64,000 bases of DNA, taken from the sequence record DRR378314_251. One strand, 5' to 3'. A program made the position numbers and the translations under genes. Positions within the stretch are counted from its first letter, which is position 1; each line of letters starts with the position of its first letter. Of the stretch, positions 1 to 8,023 are shown piece by piece. The notes beneath the pieces are model-generated. The model was not told the origin of the DNA, did not search any database, and saw only the letters and a list, made by a program, of their open reading frames with translations.

Positions 1-6
1 GCCTTT

Positions 7-879
7 TTGACGCTCTACTTCAACAGTATTGACAGAGCCGGGCATCGGGATGGACCTGAAGGAGATGAAATCAACGCCGCTCTGCGCGAGCTTGATCGTC
101 ATATAGGTCTGTTCATGGAAGGACTGACCGAACTGAATGTCCACGCCAATCTGGTTATTGTGTCAGACCACGGCATGGCACCGGTCAGCTCTGAACGCGT
201 GATCGTGCTGGATGAGGTGACTGACCCAAGCTTTTACAGAGTATTTGAAGACGGCGCCTATGCGAGCCTCGAACCTCTTGAGGCGCACATGAAAGCAGTT
301 GAATCTGCCCTTCTTGCCCATCACCCACATATGCAATGTTGGCACAAATCGCATATTCCGAGCCAGTATCAGTACGGATCCCATCCGCGCATTCCAGCCT
401 ATTTCTGCCTCGCCGACCCAGGTTGGACAATTGTCCAGTCTCGTCCCGAAACGCCTTGGGAAGGTGGGTCCCACGGTTACGATCCGTCTTCTCCGTCGAT
501 GGCAGCATTGTTTATTGCGAACGGACCCGCATTTCGTGCCGGAGCGCGGATAGAGACATTTCAAAATACGGCTATCGCACCCTTACTGCGTTTTCTGATT
601 GGTTTGGACAAGGAGCCCTCTGACGTCGTTCTGGACACATTGTCCCCTGCCCTCACGACCCATTCGACCGGCACTTGCACTAAGTTTCTGCAACCAGGAT
701 TTCGAACCGGGCTGCCGCCGAAAGCGTGCCAGCCTGTTCCATCTGGGTCTGCCCCTTCAAATCGGAAAGATAGTCCAGAAAAGCGTCATACGCCCGAACC
801 GGATCTCCCTGTGCAGCGGCAGCCTGTTTCTGAACCTGAACTTGATCAATCAGATCAAATCGCTGATGTGGGTCCATAG
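7..879 (+). CDS. Alkaline phosphatase superfamily / nucleotide pyrophosphatase-phosphodiesterase (5'-truncated by window edge)
   Basis: Motifs D-x-x-GH (IDRAGH), IVSDHGM, GSHGYD, ALFIANGPAF; homology-like sequence ends near 660 and the tail to 879 overlaps the opposite gene. Confidence 0.85.
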   Translation: MTLYFNSIDRAGHRDGPEGDEINAALRELDRHIGLFMEGLTELNVHANLVIVSDHGMAPVSSERVIVLDEVTDPSFYRVFEDGAYASLEPLEAHMKAVESALLAHHPHMQCWHKSHIPSQYQYGSHPRIPAYFCLADPGWTIVQSRPETPWEGGSHGYDPSSPSMAALFIANGPAFRAGARIETFQNTAIAPLLRFLIGLDKEPSDVVLDTLSPALTTHSTGTCTKFLQPGFRTGLPPKACQPVPSGSAPSNRKDSPEKRHTPEPDLPVQRQPVSEPELDQSDQIADVGP

Positions 880-1162
880 GGTTTCCGCCAACAGCCTCCG
901 CAATTCCCGCCCGAAACGCGGCGCCTTTGGTTTCCAGCATAAGCAACCCTTCGGAATCACCAACGCCCGCTGCGCGCAGTTCGCCGACAAAAAGGTCTAT
1001 GTCTTTTGGGGATATCTGGTTGAAATCATATCTGGCTGCGATGCGTTGCGGTGAGCTTTCCTCCCCTGTCTTGCTTTCTTCTCCCCTGACCATGCTCGGC
1101 TTAGATGGCTCAGTACGCAAAAATTGGGGTTGCACCTGATAAGTATTTGTCATGATCTTCAC
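680..1162 (-). CDS. Hypothetical protein (about 157-160 aa)
   Basis: Protein-like ORF with CAGGAG RBS upstream on minus strand; ATG start at about 1153. Confidence 0.6.
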   Translation of the reverse strand: MKIMTNTYQVQPQFLRTEPSKPSMVRGEESKTGEESSPQRIAARYDFNQISPKDIDLFVGELRAAGVGDSEGLLMLETKGAAFRAGIAEAVGGNPMDPHQRFDLIDQVQVQKQAAAAQGDPVRAYDAFLDYLSDLKGQTQMEQAGTLSAAARFEILVAET

Positions 1163-1538
1163 ACTGATTACTCCTGTTTTCCTGGAAGTATCTCAGTGCG
1201 TTGGTAAAGGCATCCCTAATCGCCCCCCGCCAGCTGGACGAAACCAAAGGCTGAGTGGCGCTTCACGTCAGCTTAAGTGTACAAGTATTCTGCCCAATAG
1301 TCCCGAGACCAGGAATCGCTCATGCTCCAAGACGCTGCGCTTGCCTGGCGGAAACGCATTCGGAAGGATGCGACACATCCTGGATGAGTTCAGAATATCT
1401 GACATTCGGCTACCAGCCGATGAGCGCCCCCAAATGTTCGATAACGTGGAATTGATAGTCCAAGATGTTTCAGATTGGTCCGTGCTTGCATAGGCTAAGC
1501 TGAAACATGCGCGATCAAGTCACGACAGAGGACCCATT

Positions 1539-2018
1539 ATGCAAAAATCCAAACTCAAATATGTGGCGCTTGGGTTCACCTCATTGGTTTCCTTCGCCCT
1601 TGTCAGCGGTTGCCAGTCCCCTTTGGCCGCTCAGGAAACCCTGGAAGATGCGAATCTCGCCAAGGCCATCCAGTGTATGGAAATCGTGGAAGTCGATCTG
1701 GACGTTGCCCGTTTCGGAGACGAGTGCGTGGCTGAGGGTTATATTCAGCACTCGCCTCATGTGCCTGACGGAAAGGACGGTCTTCTCACCTATTTCGAGG
1801 GACGCGTGGAACGCTATCCGGAGATGCATGGCGAGATAAAGCGGGCGGGCGCTGATGGAGACCTGGTCTGGCTCCATATGCATTTTAAAGCCGAACCAGA
1901 AGCCCCTGGTAATGCGGTCATGCACATCTTCCGGATGGAAGACGGAAAGTTCGCAGAACACTGGGGCGTCGGCACACCTGTCCGCAAATCCGAACTACAC
2001 GACAATTCAATGTTCTGA
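1539..2018 (+). CDS. SnoaL/NTF2-like lipoprotein
   Basis: Lipobox LVSGC; YIQHSPHVPDG, ADGDLVWLH, HIFRMEDGKFAEHW motifs; GAGGA RBS. Confidence 0.85.
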   Translation: MQKSKLKYVALGFTSLVSFALVSGCQSPLAAQETLEDANLAKAIQCMEIVEVDLDVARFGDECVAEGYIQHSPHVPDGKDGLLTYFEGRVERYPEMHGEIKRAGADGDLVWLHMHFKAEPEAPGNAVMHIFRMEDGKFAEHWGVGTPVRKSELHDNSMF

Positions 2019-2198
2019 CCGGGCAATGGATCTGGTTCAGGCTTCCCGCAATCGTCTATCGACACGCGGTGCCCCGTCAGAGCGCCTCCAGCTACCCTGC
2101 GGACCGGGAAGTGGGATACCGGGACGATATGAACGCCAGACGAGCGCCTGTCCCTTTAAGGGTCACAACCGAGTAAAACAAACCAAATTGGAGCTTTA

Positions 2199-2678
2199 AT
2201 GCGATCTTACTTTTTCAAGCGCCTGACGCCGCTTACCGGCACACTTGCAAGCCTCAGCCTTCTTGGCGCCTGTCAATCGCCTGCGACACTTGAAACCGCC
2301 AGGGAAGAAGCCAATCTGGCTAAAGCCATCCTCTGCATGACAATCATGGAAGTCGACCTCGATGTGGACCGCTTCGGAGACGAATGTATTGCCGAAGGAC
2401 ATATTGAGCATGCCCCACATGTACCAGATGGCAAGGACGGTCTCATAACCTATTTCGAAGGCCGCGTGGAACGGTTTCCGAAAATGCATGGTGACATCAA
2501 GCGTGCCGGCGCTGATGGTGACCTCGTCTGGATGCATATGCATTTCAAAGCCGAACCGGACGTTGCCGGCAATGCAGTCATGCACGTCTTCCGGATGGAA
2601 GACGGAAAGTTCGCCGAACATTGGGGCGTCGGCACCCCTGTTCGTGAATCCGAACTGCATGACAACTCGATGTTTTAG
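2199..2678 (+). CDS. SnoaL/NTF2-like lipoprotein, tandem paralog of 1539..2018
   Basis: Lipobox LLGAC; near-identical C-terminal two thirds; GGAG RBS. Confidence 0.85.
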   Translation: MRSYFFKRLTPLTGTLASLSLLGACQSPATLETAREEANLAKAILCMTIMEVDLDVDRFGDECIAEGHIEHAPHVPDGKDGLITYFEGRVERFPKMHGDIKRAGADGDLVWMHMHFKAEPDVAGNAVMHVFRMEDGKFAEHWGVGTPVRESELHDNSMF

Positions 2679-2715
2679 CCTGGCCAGAATACTTCTTCAC
2701 TCTGGAGTTCGATGG

Positions 2716-3633
2716 ATGTCTTTCCTGTTTCGCGTCGTTCTAGCTGCGCTCCCGCTTGCCATTTCTGCACCATGGGCAATAGCTCATGATCACGGCGCCA
2801 CCTCCATTGTTCAGGTCACTGATCTTGGTCATGGCGTCTATGAGTTACGTACAGACCAATCAGGCAATGTCGCTATCCTGATTGGAGAAGATGGTGTTTT
2901 GATGGTCGACACCCAGATGGAACATCTGGTCGAAGCGATCGACGATTCTCTTATGGAATTGTCCGGGGGACGCGGCGTGGACCTTATCCTGAATACTCAT
3001 TTGCACCGGGATCATGTCAGGGGAAACGCCTATTATGCAAGGCGGGGCGCCCAGATCATGGCCCACCCCAATGTCCGCAAATATCTTGAGCAGCCACGGG
3101 CCATTGTCGCCTTGGGCCGAGACGCACCCAGCATCGGCAAAGACTACCTTCCGGCCATCAATCTCGTCGAAGGCAGCAGCATAACAATGAACGGTCAGAC
3201 AGGCCGTCTCTACCACACTCCTGCAGCTCACACCGATGGCGACCTTTTTATCCATTTCGAAGAAGCCAACATCATTCACGCAGGAGACCTTCTGGAGTCC
3301 GGCCGTTTCCCATTTGTTGACATCGACAATGGTGGCACCGTCGCCGGCTATATTGCCGGCATGGAAAAAATCCTTGAAGTCGCCGATGAGGACACTGTCA
3401 TTATTGCAGGACATGGTCCGACCTCTACGGAAAAGGAGGTGGAAGCCAGTATCGCGATGCTTGAAGAAACCTATTCCATTGTGGGCGATCTGGTAGAGCA
3501 GGATCTGACCCTCGATGAGATCCTCAACATCAACCCACTTTCAAATTACAGCGATGCCTGGGACTGGGAATTTATCGATACGCGCCGAATGACGACGATT
3601 CTGTATTATGACTTGACCGGAAAACTGGACTGA
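2716..3633 (+). CDS. Secreted MBL-fold metallo-hydrolase (cyclase-like)
   Basis: THLHRDH, AHTDGD, HAGDL, IAGHG motifs; signal peptide from ATG 2716 with GGAG RBS. Confidence 0.9.
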   Translation: MSFLFRVVLAALPLAISAPWAIAHDHGATSIVQVTDLGHGVYELRTDQSGNVAILIGEDGVLMVDTQMEHLVEAIDDSLMELSGGRGVDLILNTHLHRDHVRGNAYYARRGAQIMAHPNVRKYLEQPRAIVALGRDAPSIGKDYLPAINLVEGSSITMNGQTGRLYHTPAAHTDGDLFIHFEEANIIHAGDLLESGRFPFVDIDNGGTVAGYIAGMEKILEVADEDTVIIAGHGPTSTEKEVEASIAMLEETYSIVGDLVEQDLTLDEILNINPLSNYSDAWDWEFIDTRRMTTILYYDLTGKLD

Positions 3634-3945
3634 GGCCCAGATCGCAGCGAGAGATTGATCCGCCCTTTTATGGGATCGCTGGGTAGATCAAGCTTACGGG
3701 ACGCTGTCAGGAATTCTTCAAACGATACCCAGAATTATTGACAACGCAGTTGTGCCGTAAACTGGATCTACGATCCAGAAGGACGGTTACGCTCACCCGC
3801 TGCAGAGCATCTCGGCCCGGCACTGATGCTGCACGACGCTTGTTCCCGGACGCCTCAATTCAATCAGCAGCGCCTCCCACCTAATATGGCTGGGTCAGAG
3901 TATGGCAGCTCGGTCAAAAACCGGAATCAAAACATGCCTATCCGT

Positions 3946-4221
3946 TCACTCATCGATCATCGCCACCAACACTGACAGGTCAGCAAAGAAGGCATCCTCA
4001 TCATCGGGATTGTCTGGCAGGAGCGACCAACCCACCTGGCTCAGCCGTTTCTCTCGGGATGCTGGCGTCATGACGCTGATCCATTCCAGATCTGTTATCA
4101 GCTTTTGCCTTTGTGCCACGCTCATCGATTGTTCAACGAATAAAAGCGCCTGCCCCAAACTCGCGGCGACGTCGTCCGTCGTTTCCGGCAACTGGAGCGC
4201 AAAAAGTTCTAGTTCATCCAT
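3946..4221 (-). CDS. Putative immunity protein (CdiI-like, 91 aa, acidic)
   Basis: AGGAG RBS, ATG 4221, 14 nt after the toxin stop; small, acidic, helical, no signal peptide. Confidence 0.65.
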   Translation of the reverse strand: MDELELFALQLPETTDDVAASLGQALLFVEQSMSVAQRQKLITDLEWISVMTPASREKRLSQVGWSLLPDNPDDEDAFFADLSVLVAMIDE

Positions 4222-4235
4222 GATAAATCTCCTGC

Positions 4236-4910
4236 TCAGTAGAGCTTGGCAGAAACCGGATAGACGCGGTTCGTCCCCGGAATGGTTTTCAGAAAGAAGG
4301 CCCCTTTGGTGGCAATTGAGTATGTATTGTGCCGACGCGAATAGACCGTCCCTACAGGGGACTTGGCATCGAACTTGACTGACAATGGACCACGCTTTGC
4401 AGGAGGTGTTTTCAACCAAGCACGAATTTCGGCCCTGTTCGCGCGCAGCGCCCGAGCGTACATCGTATCGGCTTGTCGTCCGGTCCTGAATGTTGAAGTC
4501 TGTTTCGGGCTCATATTGTAGTTTCTGAGTTGCCGATTGGCTTTCCGGGCGTCGCGGCGGAACCCTTTGGGGACTTTCTGCATGTCGGTTTTGGTCAACT
4601 TGCGTCCGGACACACCGAGACGCGCGGCCTCGAAGTTCAGGCGCATGCCTTTCTGAGCAGCTCTTTGGGCGAGTGCAGAACGAGATTGCGCGACATGCTG
4701 GTTAAGATGCCCGCCATTCTGCCGGCTGCGCTGAACGGCGCGGGACTGATACCCTGCTCCGTTCCGGGTCTGCGACCGTCCGCCAGTTCGGTTCGATTGG
4801 CGTGCAGACGTTTGCGCCCCCTTTCCCGCAATGGCCGTCGGAGCGAGCATCGTTATCAGAAACGATGCACCAAAAGCGTGAAGCATCTGTCTGCGTTGAA
4901 TGGGACTCAT
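4236..4910 (-). CDS. Putative Tat-exported toxin with bacterial RNase A-like (CdiA-CT type) domain
   Basis: N-terminal QRRQML + hydrophobic stretch + AIA; GGHLNQHV...TSTF...ALRANRAEIRAWL...VG...FLK pattern of the RNAse_A_bac domain; very basic. Confidence 0.7.
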   Translation of the reverse strand: MSPIQRRQMLHAFGASFLITMLAPTAIAGKGAQTSARQSNRTGGRSQTRNGAGYQSRAVQRSRQNGGHLNQHVAQSRSALAQRAAQKGMRLNFEAARLGVSGRKLTKTDMQKVPKGFRRDARKANRQLRNYNMSPKQTSTFRTGRQADTMYARALRANRAEIRAWLKTPPAKRGPLSVKFDAKSPVGTVYSRRHNTYSIATKGAFFLKTIPGTNRVYPVSAKLY

Positions 4911-5644
4911 GGATACATCTCCTCATCATCGTGGAAACTGATCTGGATGAAACTGTAATCGAGCCGGCACTCGGGAGCCGGAAAGGCGCACTCTTGAATG
5001 GGCTTCACCAGTATTGGTCCGGCGATCCGTCCACGCTCAATATCTCCGCCTTTTCCCAAGGGTGCATTATCACGGACATGAAAACGCATTGCCTGAGCCA
5101 ATTCATCGACGTCCGCGCTTCGGCGATCTTCACTGAAGATCACCGCATCGATAAATTCCATCCTCTGCTCATTCGCTTGCTCAGCGCGATCTGCCTGCCG
5201 ACGCGCGAAGCGTTTCAACGCTCGCACCGCATCAGATGCAGACGCCCCCTCATCAGTCCACTCACGGGTCTGCTGAGTCGCGTTCTGCACCGTATTGTAG
5301 GCTGCCGATTCCAGATCATATACGAGGACACCGAACGGGCCTGACATACCCGCCAGATCCTCGAATTCGCACCAGTTTCGGTCAGGGCAAACCGACAAAT
5401 ATTGTTTCGTGTCCCGCAGAATGCACCGATGGCCAGCCTGACCAAACAGGCAGATCGCAAGATCAGGGGGGGAGGCCGTGGTCACCGGCGTCGGCAGGAC
5501 ATAGAACGACCTGCCGTCCCATCCCTGCCCCGAAGGGGTGTCTCCCGTAACCTCAATACGGATATTCATCTGAGCACTGGCTCCGGAAGGGAGCGAACCA
5601 GCAAGCACAATCAAACCCACCAAATTCAACAATTTACAGATCAT
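4907..5644 (-). CDS. Secreted Cys-containing protein, possible C2-like domain
   Basis: AGGAGG RBS, ATG 5644, Sec signal (ASA|Q); G-x-x-WD...PD...VYDLE pattern; stop overlaps toxin start (ATGA). Confidence 0.65.
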   Translation of the reverse strand: MICKLLNLVGLIVLAGSLPSGASAQMNIRIEVTGDTPSGQGWDGRSFYVLPTPVTTASPPDLAICLFGQAGHRCILRDTKQYLSVCPDRNWCEFEDLAGMSGPFGVLVYDLESAAYNTVQNATQQTREWTDEGASASDAVRALKRFARRQADRAEQANEQRMEFIDAVIFSEDRRSADVDELAQAMRFHVRDNAPLGKGGDIERGRIAGPILVKPIQECAFPAPECRLDYSFIQISFHDDEEMYP

Positions 5645-5699
5645 GTTTTCCTCCTGGGAATGTGCCGGGCCGACAACTCGCGGCCCGGCTGGAAACGAC

Positions 5700-6269
5700 T
5701 TAGCGATGAACCAGCGACTGAACATTGCGGACAACTTCTTCCACCATTGAGTCGAAGACTTTGACCCCACGCTCGATGTCCTGATCGATCCGGCTTTGGA
5801 GGTCTGCTGTAGACTGACGGAATCGGTCTTCACTCATCCGGCCGGCCTGAAGCGACTCCTCAAGCATTTTGTACCGACGCATTTCTTCTTCGGCGAACTC
5901 AAAGCGGAACTTGAAGATATGCTCCGAGTTCCGGCGGATCGCCTCTTCGACCATGCTGACAACCTTGCTCTTGAGTTCGCCGGCACGTTCGTGATCAGCA
6001 ACCATGATCCGGCTCTTCAAATAGGTCTCATCGAGGCGCAGTTTCGACAGCACGATTGACGTACCAATCTCAATGGCCTCCTTCTGCACCTCTTTTTGAG
6101 CCTTGGCCTTCAGACGGCTCTGGTGCAGCGCAGTTCTCAAATTATCGATGACATTGATCTCATTGCTGCCCGCCGCGTCGCTGATGCTTGGCATCCTGTT
6201 GATATCCTCGCTGACGACAGGCGAATTAGCGGAGTAAGGCCGAATACGTGATGGATTGGAGTTGGACAT
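5700..6269 (-). CDS. Cytoplasmic coiled-coil hypothetical protein (189 aa)
   Basis: GGAGG RBS before ATG 6269; E/K/R/Q-rich helical sequence. Confidence 0.7.
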   Translation of the reverse strand: MSNSNPSRIRPYSANSPVVSEDINRMPSISDAAGSNEINVIDNLRTALHQSRLKAKAQKEVQKEAIEIGTSIVLSKLRLDETYLKSRIMVADHERAGELKSKVVSMVEEAIRRNSEHIFKFRFEFAEEEMRRYKMLEESLQAGRMSEDRFRQSTADLQSRIDQDIERGVKVFDSMVEEVVRNVQSLVHR

Positions 6270-6315
6270 GATGAGCCTCCTTTCTTGAGGGCTTTTGGGG
6301 GGGGAGTTGGATGGA

Positions 6316-7848
6316 TCAACCAAAGTCAAACTGACCCTGGCCGGCCCGGTTGAACGCTTGCCGCTTGATCTTCGAGAACATGGCGGCCTCCTGGAAATCA
6401 TCATCCTCAGCAAGGCGTTGCAGGCGCCGGCGCAAGAGCCGGCTGGCTTGCTCCTGATGACGTTCTTCAATTTCTGCCAACCGGGATTCCGACTGGGCAG
6501 ACTGCATGAAGCTGATCTCCGCAGGTGCAGCGCCGAGCGCGTGCTGGACCAGTGCGGCCAGGTCGAGGGTTATGATCAGAAATTTCAGACCAAACCCCAT
6601 GACAATGTTCAGAAAGCTGGAAAAGTAGACCACTTCGAGTGCGCGCAGACGTGCGCTCAGGCTCAGGTCAAGTGGCTCGTAGCGTGGATCCGCCTGCATC
6701 TGCGCTGAGACCCAATCATTGCGCTCGTCGATAAAGCGCACATGTTCCTGACGCAGCTGATCCTGCCGGTTCAAAAGTACAGCCAGCTGCGCTTCATAGT
6801 CTTCACGCAGCTCAGCCTTGCGACGCGCTTCAGACACGCCCTCCTGGCTTGCTTCCGTACGCAAGTTATCAATTGAGGCCTGAAGTCGTTCGGCTTCCTG
6901 GCTCAGACGAACAATTTCCGCTTCGGCTGCTTCGGCCTGCTGGCGGTGGAACAGGCAACGATCATAACATCCGCGCCGACCGCTCGCCCCTTCCATATCA
7001 ATCCCACGCGCCTCCGCAGCCTCAAGGGCGCGATGATGACGAGCACGATTGCGAGCATCTGCGAGCTCAGTCTCAATCCGCTCCAACTGCTGCCGCGCTG
7101 CAACCAGATCTGCATTGGTTACACTCGTTGTTGCCGCATCGGCCTCATGCTGGCGCTTCAGTCGCTGAATATCTCCATCCAGACCACTGATCTGCCCCTG
7201 CAGGCCCTCAACGCGTTTGTCAGCCTCGTCCATATAATGCTCACGGACGATCGAATTTTCAGTCTCGTTCCAGCCCTCGAGCACCTCTTTGGAGTCCGAG
7301 CTGTAGAGGATTGTGCCCAGGATCAGACCGAACACACTTGCAAAGATGACCGACAATCCAGCCCGGAAAACAAAAACCCAACGCACTTTGGAGTGGGGAC
7401 CATCGCCCATTTTGCGAGCTTCAAGCTGACGGGCGCCTGAAACGGCAAAGGTGTGCGATATGAAGGCAAAATCAAAACAGAGAATAATCGACGCCACCAG
7501 GAGGGAAATGGAGACCCGCACCAAGGTCGATGCGTCCGACGACACCTGCCCCAGACCCAGAAAGACTGCCGAAAAAACGATGGTCGCTCCGAGAAACGGA
7601 GACAGCGCGTAGCGCACAACTGCGACGCGTTCGCGGAAGGTCGCTTGTCGAAAATCGACCGGATCTACGCCAACCATGGCTAGAAAAAAGGCCAGGATAC
7701 CACCCCAGAACCCGGAATACGGGCCCATAGGCGGGTCTCCAGCTGCGCCTGAAGGCGGCGTAGCCGATGCTCCATTCCTAGTTGCATTATTGTCTGCCGC
7801 CGCGCTGTGACCATCACTTTCTGACGGAACTTCGAACTTCTGAACCAT
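6316..7848 (-). CDS. DUF4407-family membrane protein with long coiled coil
   Basis: Several N-terminal TM segments (…IILCFD…FRAGLSVIFASV…), long coiled coil with a CYDRC turn, then LSARLRAL + C-terminal TM; AGGAG RBS. Confidence 0.75.
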   Translation of the reverse strand: MVQKFEVPSESDGHSAAADNNATRNGASATPPSGAAGDPPMGPYSGFWGGILAFFLAMVGVDPVDFRQATFRERVAVVRYALSPFLGATIVFSAVFLGLGQVSSDASTLVRVSISLLVASIILCFDFAFISHTFAVSGARQLEARKMGDGPHSKVRWVFVFRAGLSVIFASVFGLILGTILYSSDSKEVLEGWNETENSIVREHYMDEADKRVEGLQGQISGLDGDIQRLKRQHEADAATTSVTNADLVAARQQLERIETELADARNRARHHRALEAAEARGIDMEGASGRRGCYDRCLFHRQQAEAAEAEIVRLSQEAERLQASIDNLRTEASQEGVSEARRKAELREDYEAQLAVLLNRQDQLRQEHVRFIDERNDWVSAQMQADPRYEPLDLSLSARLRALEVVYFSSFLNIVMGFGLKFLIITLDLAALVQHALGAAPAEISFMQSAQSESRLAEIEERHQEQASRLLRRRLQRLAEDDDFQEAAMFSKIKRQAFNRAGQGQFDFG

Positions 7849-7957
7849 GACACGCTCCTGACTTGCCTTTTCGTGGCTCGGTCAGACTGCGCTGGGATGA
7901 TCCATTTCCCATCACGGGTAACGTGCAGCTGAATTTTTTTAAGTCAGAAGGTTGCCG

Positions 7958-8003
7958 AAAACGTGAATTTCGTCAGAACTCATTAACAGGGGATTCACGT
8001 TTT
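7958..8003. promoter_or_regulatory. Perfect 11-bp inverted repeat in divergent promoter region
   Basis: AAAACGTGAAT (7958-7968) and ATTCACGTTTT (7993-8003), 24-nt spacer. Confidence 0.45.
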
Positions 8004-8023
8004 TGTGGATGAGCGGAGGTGTT

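Noticed and set aside
1152-1493. 113-aa ORF upstream of the SnoaL genes
   Set aside because: No RBS or recognisable domain; likely promoter region.
4907-6470. Long overlapping starts in the ORF track (5833 and 6470)
   Set aside because: Downstream ATGs at 5644 and 6269 have strong RBSs and remove the overlaps.
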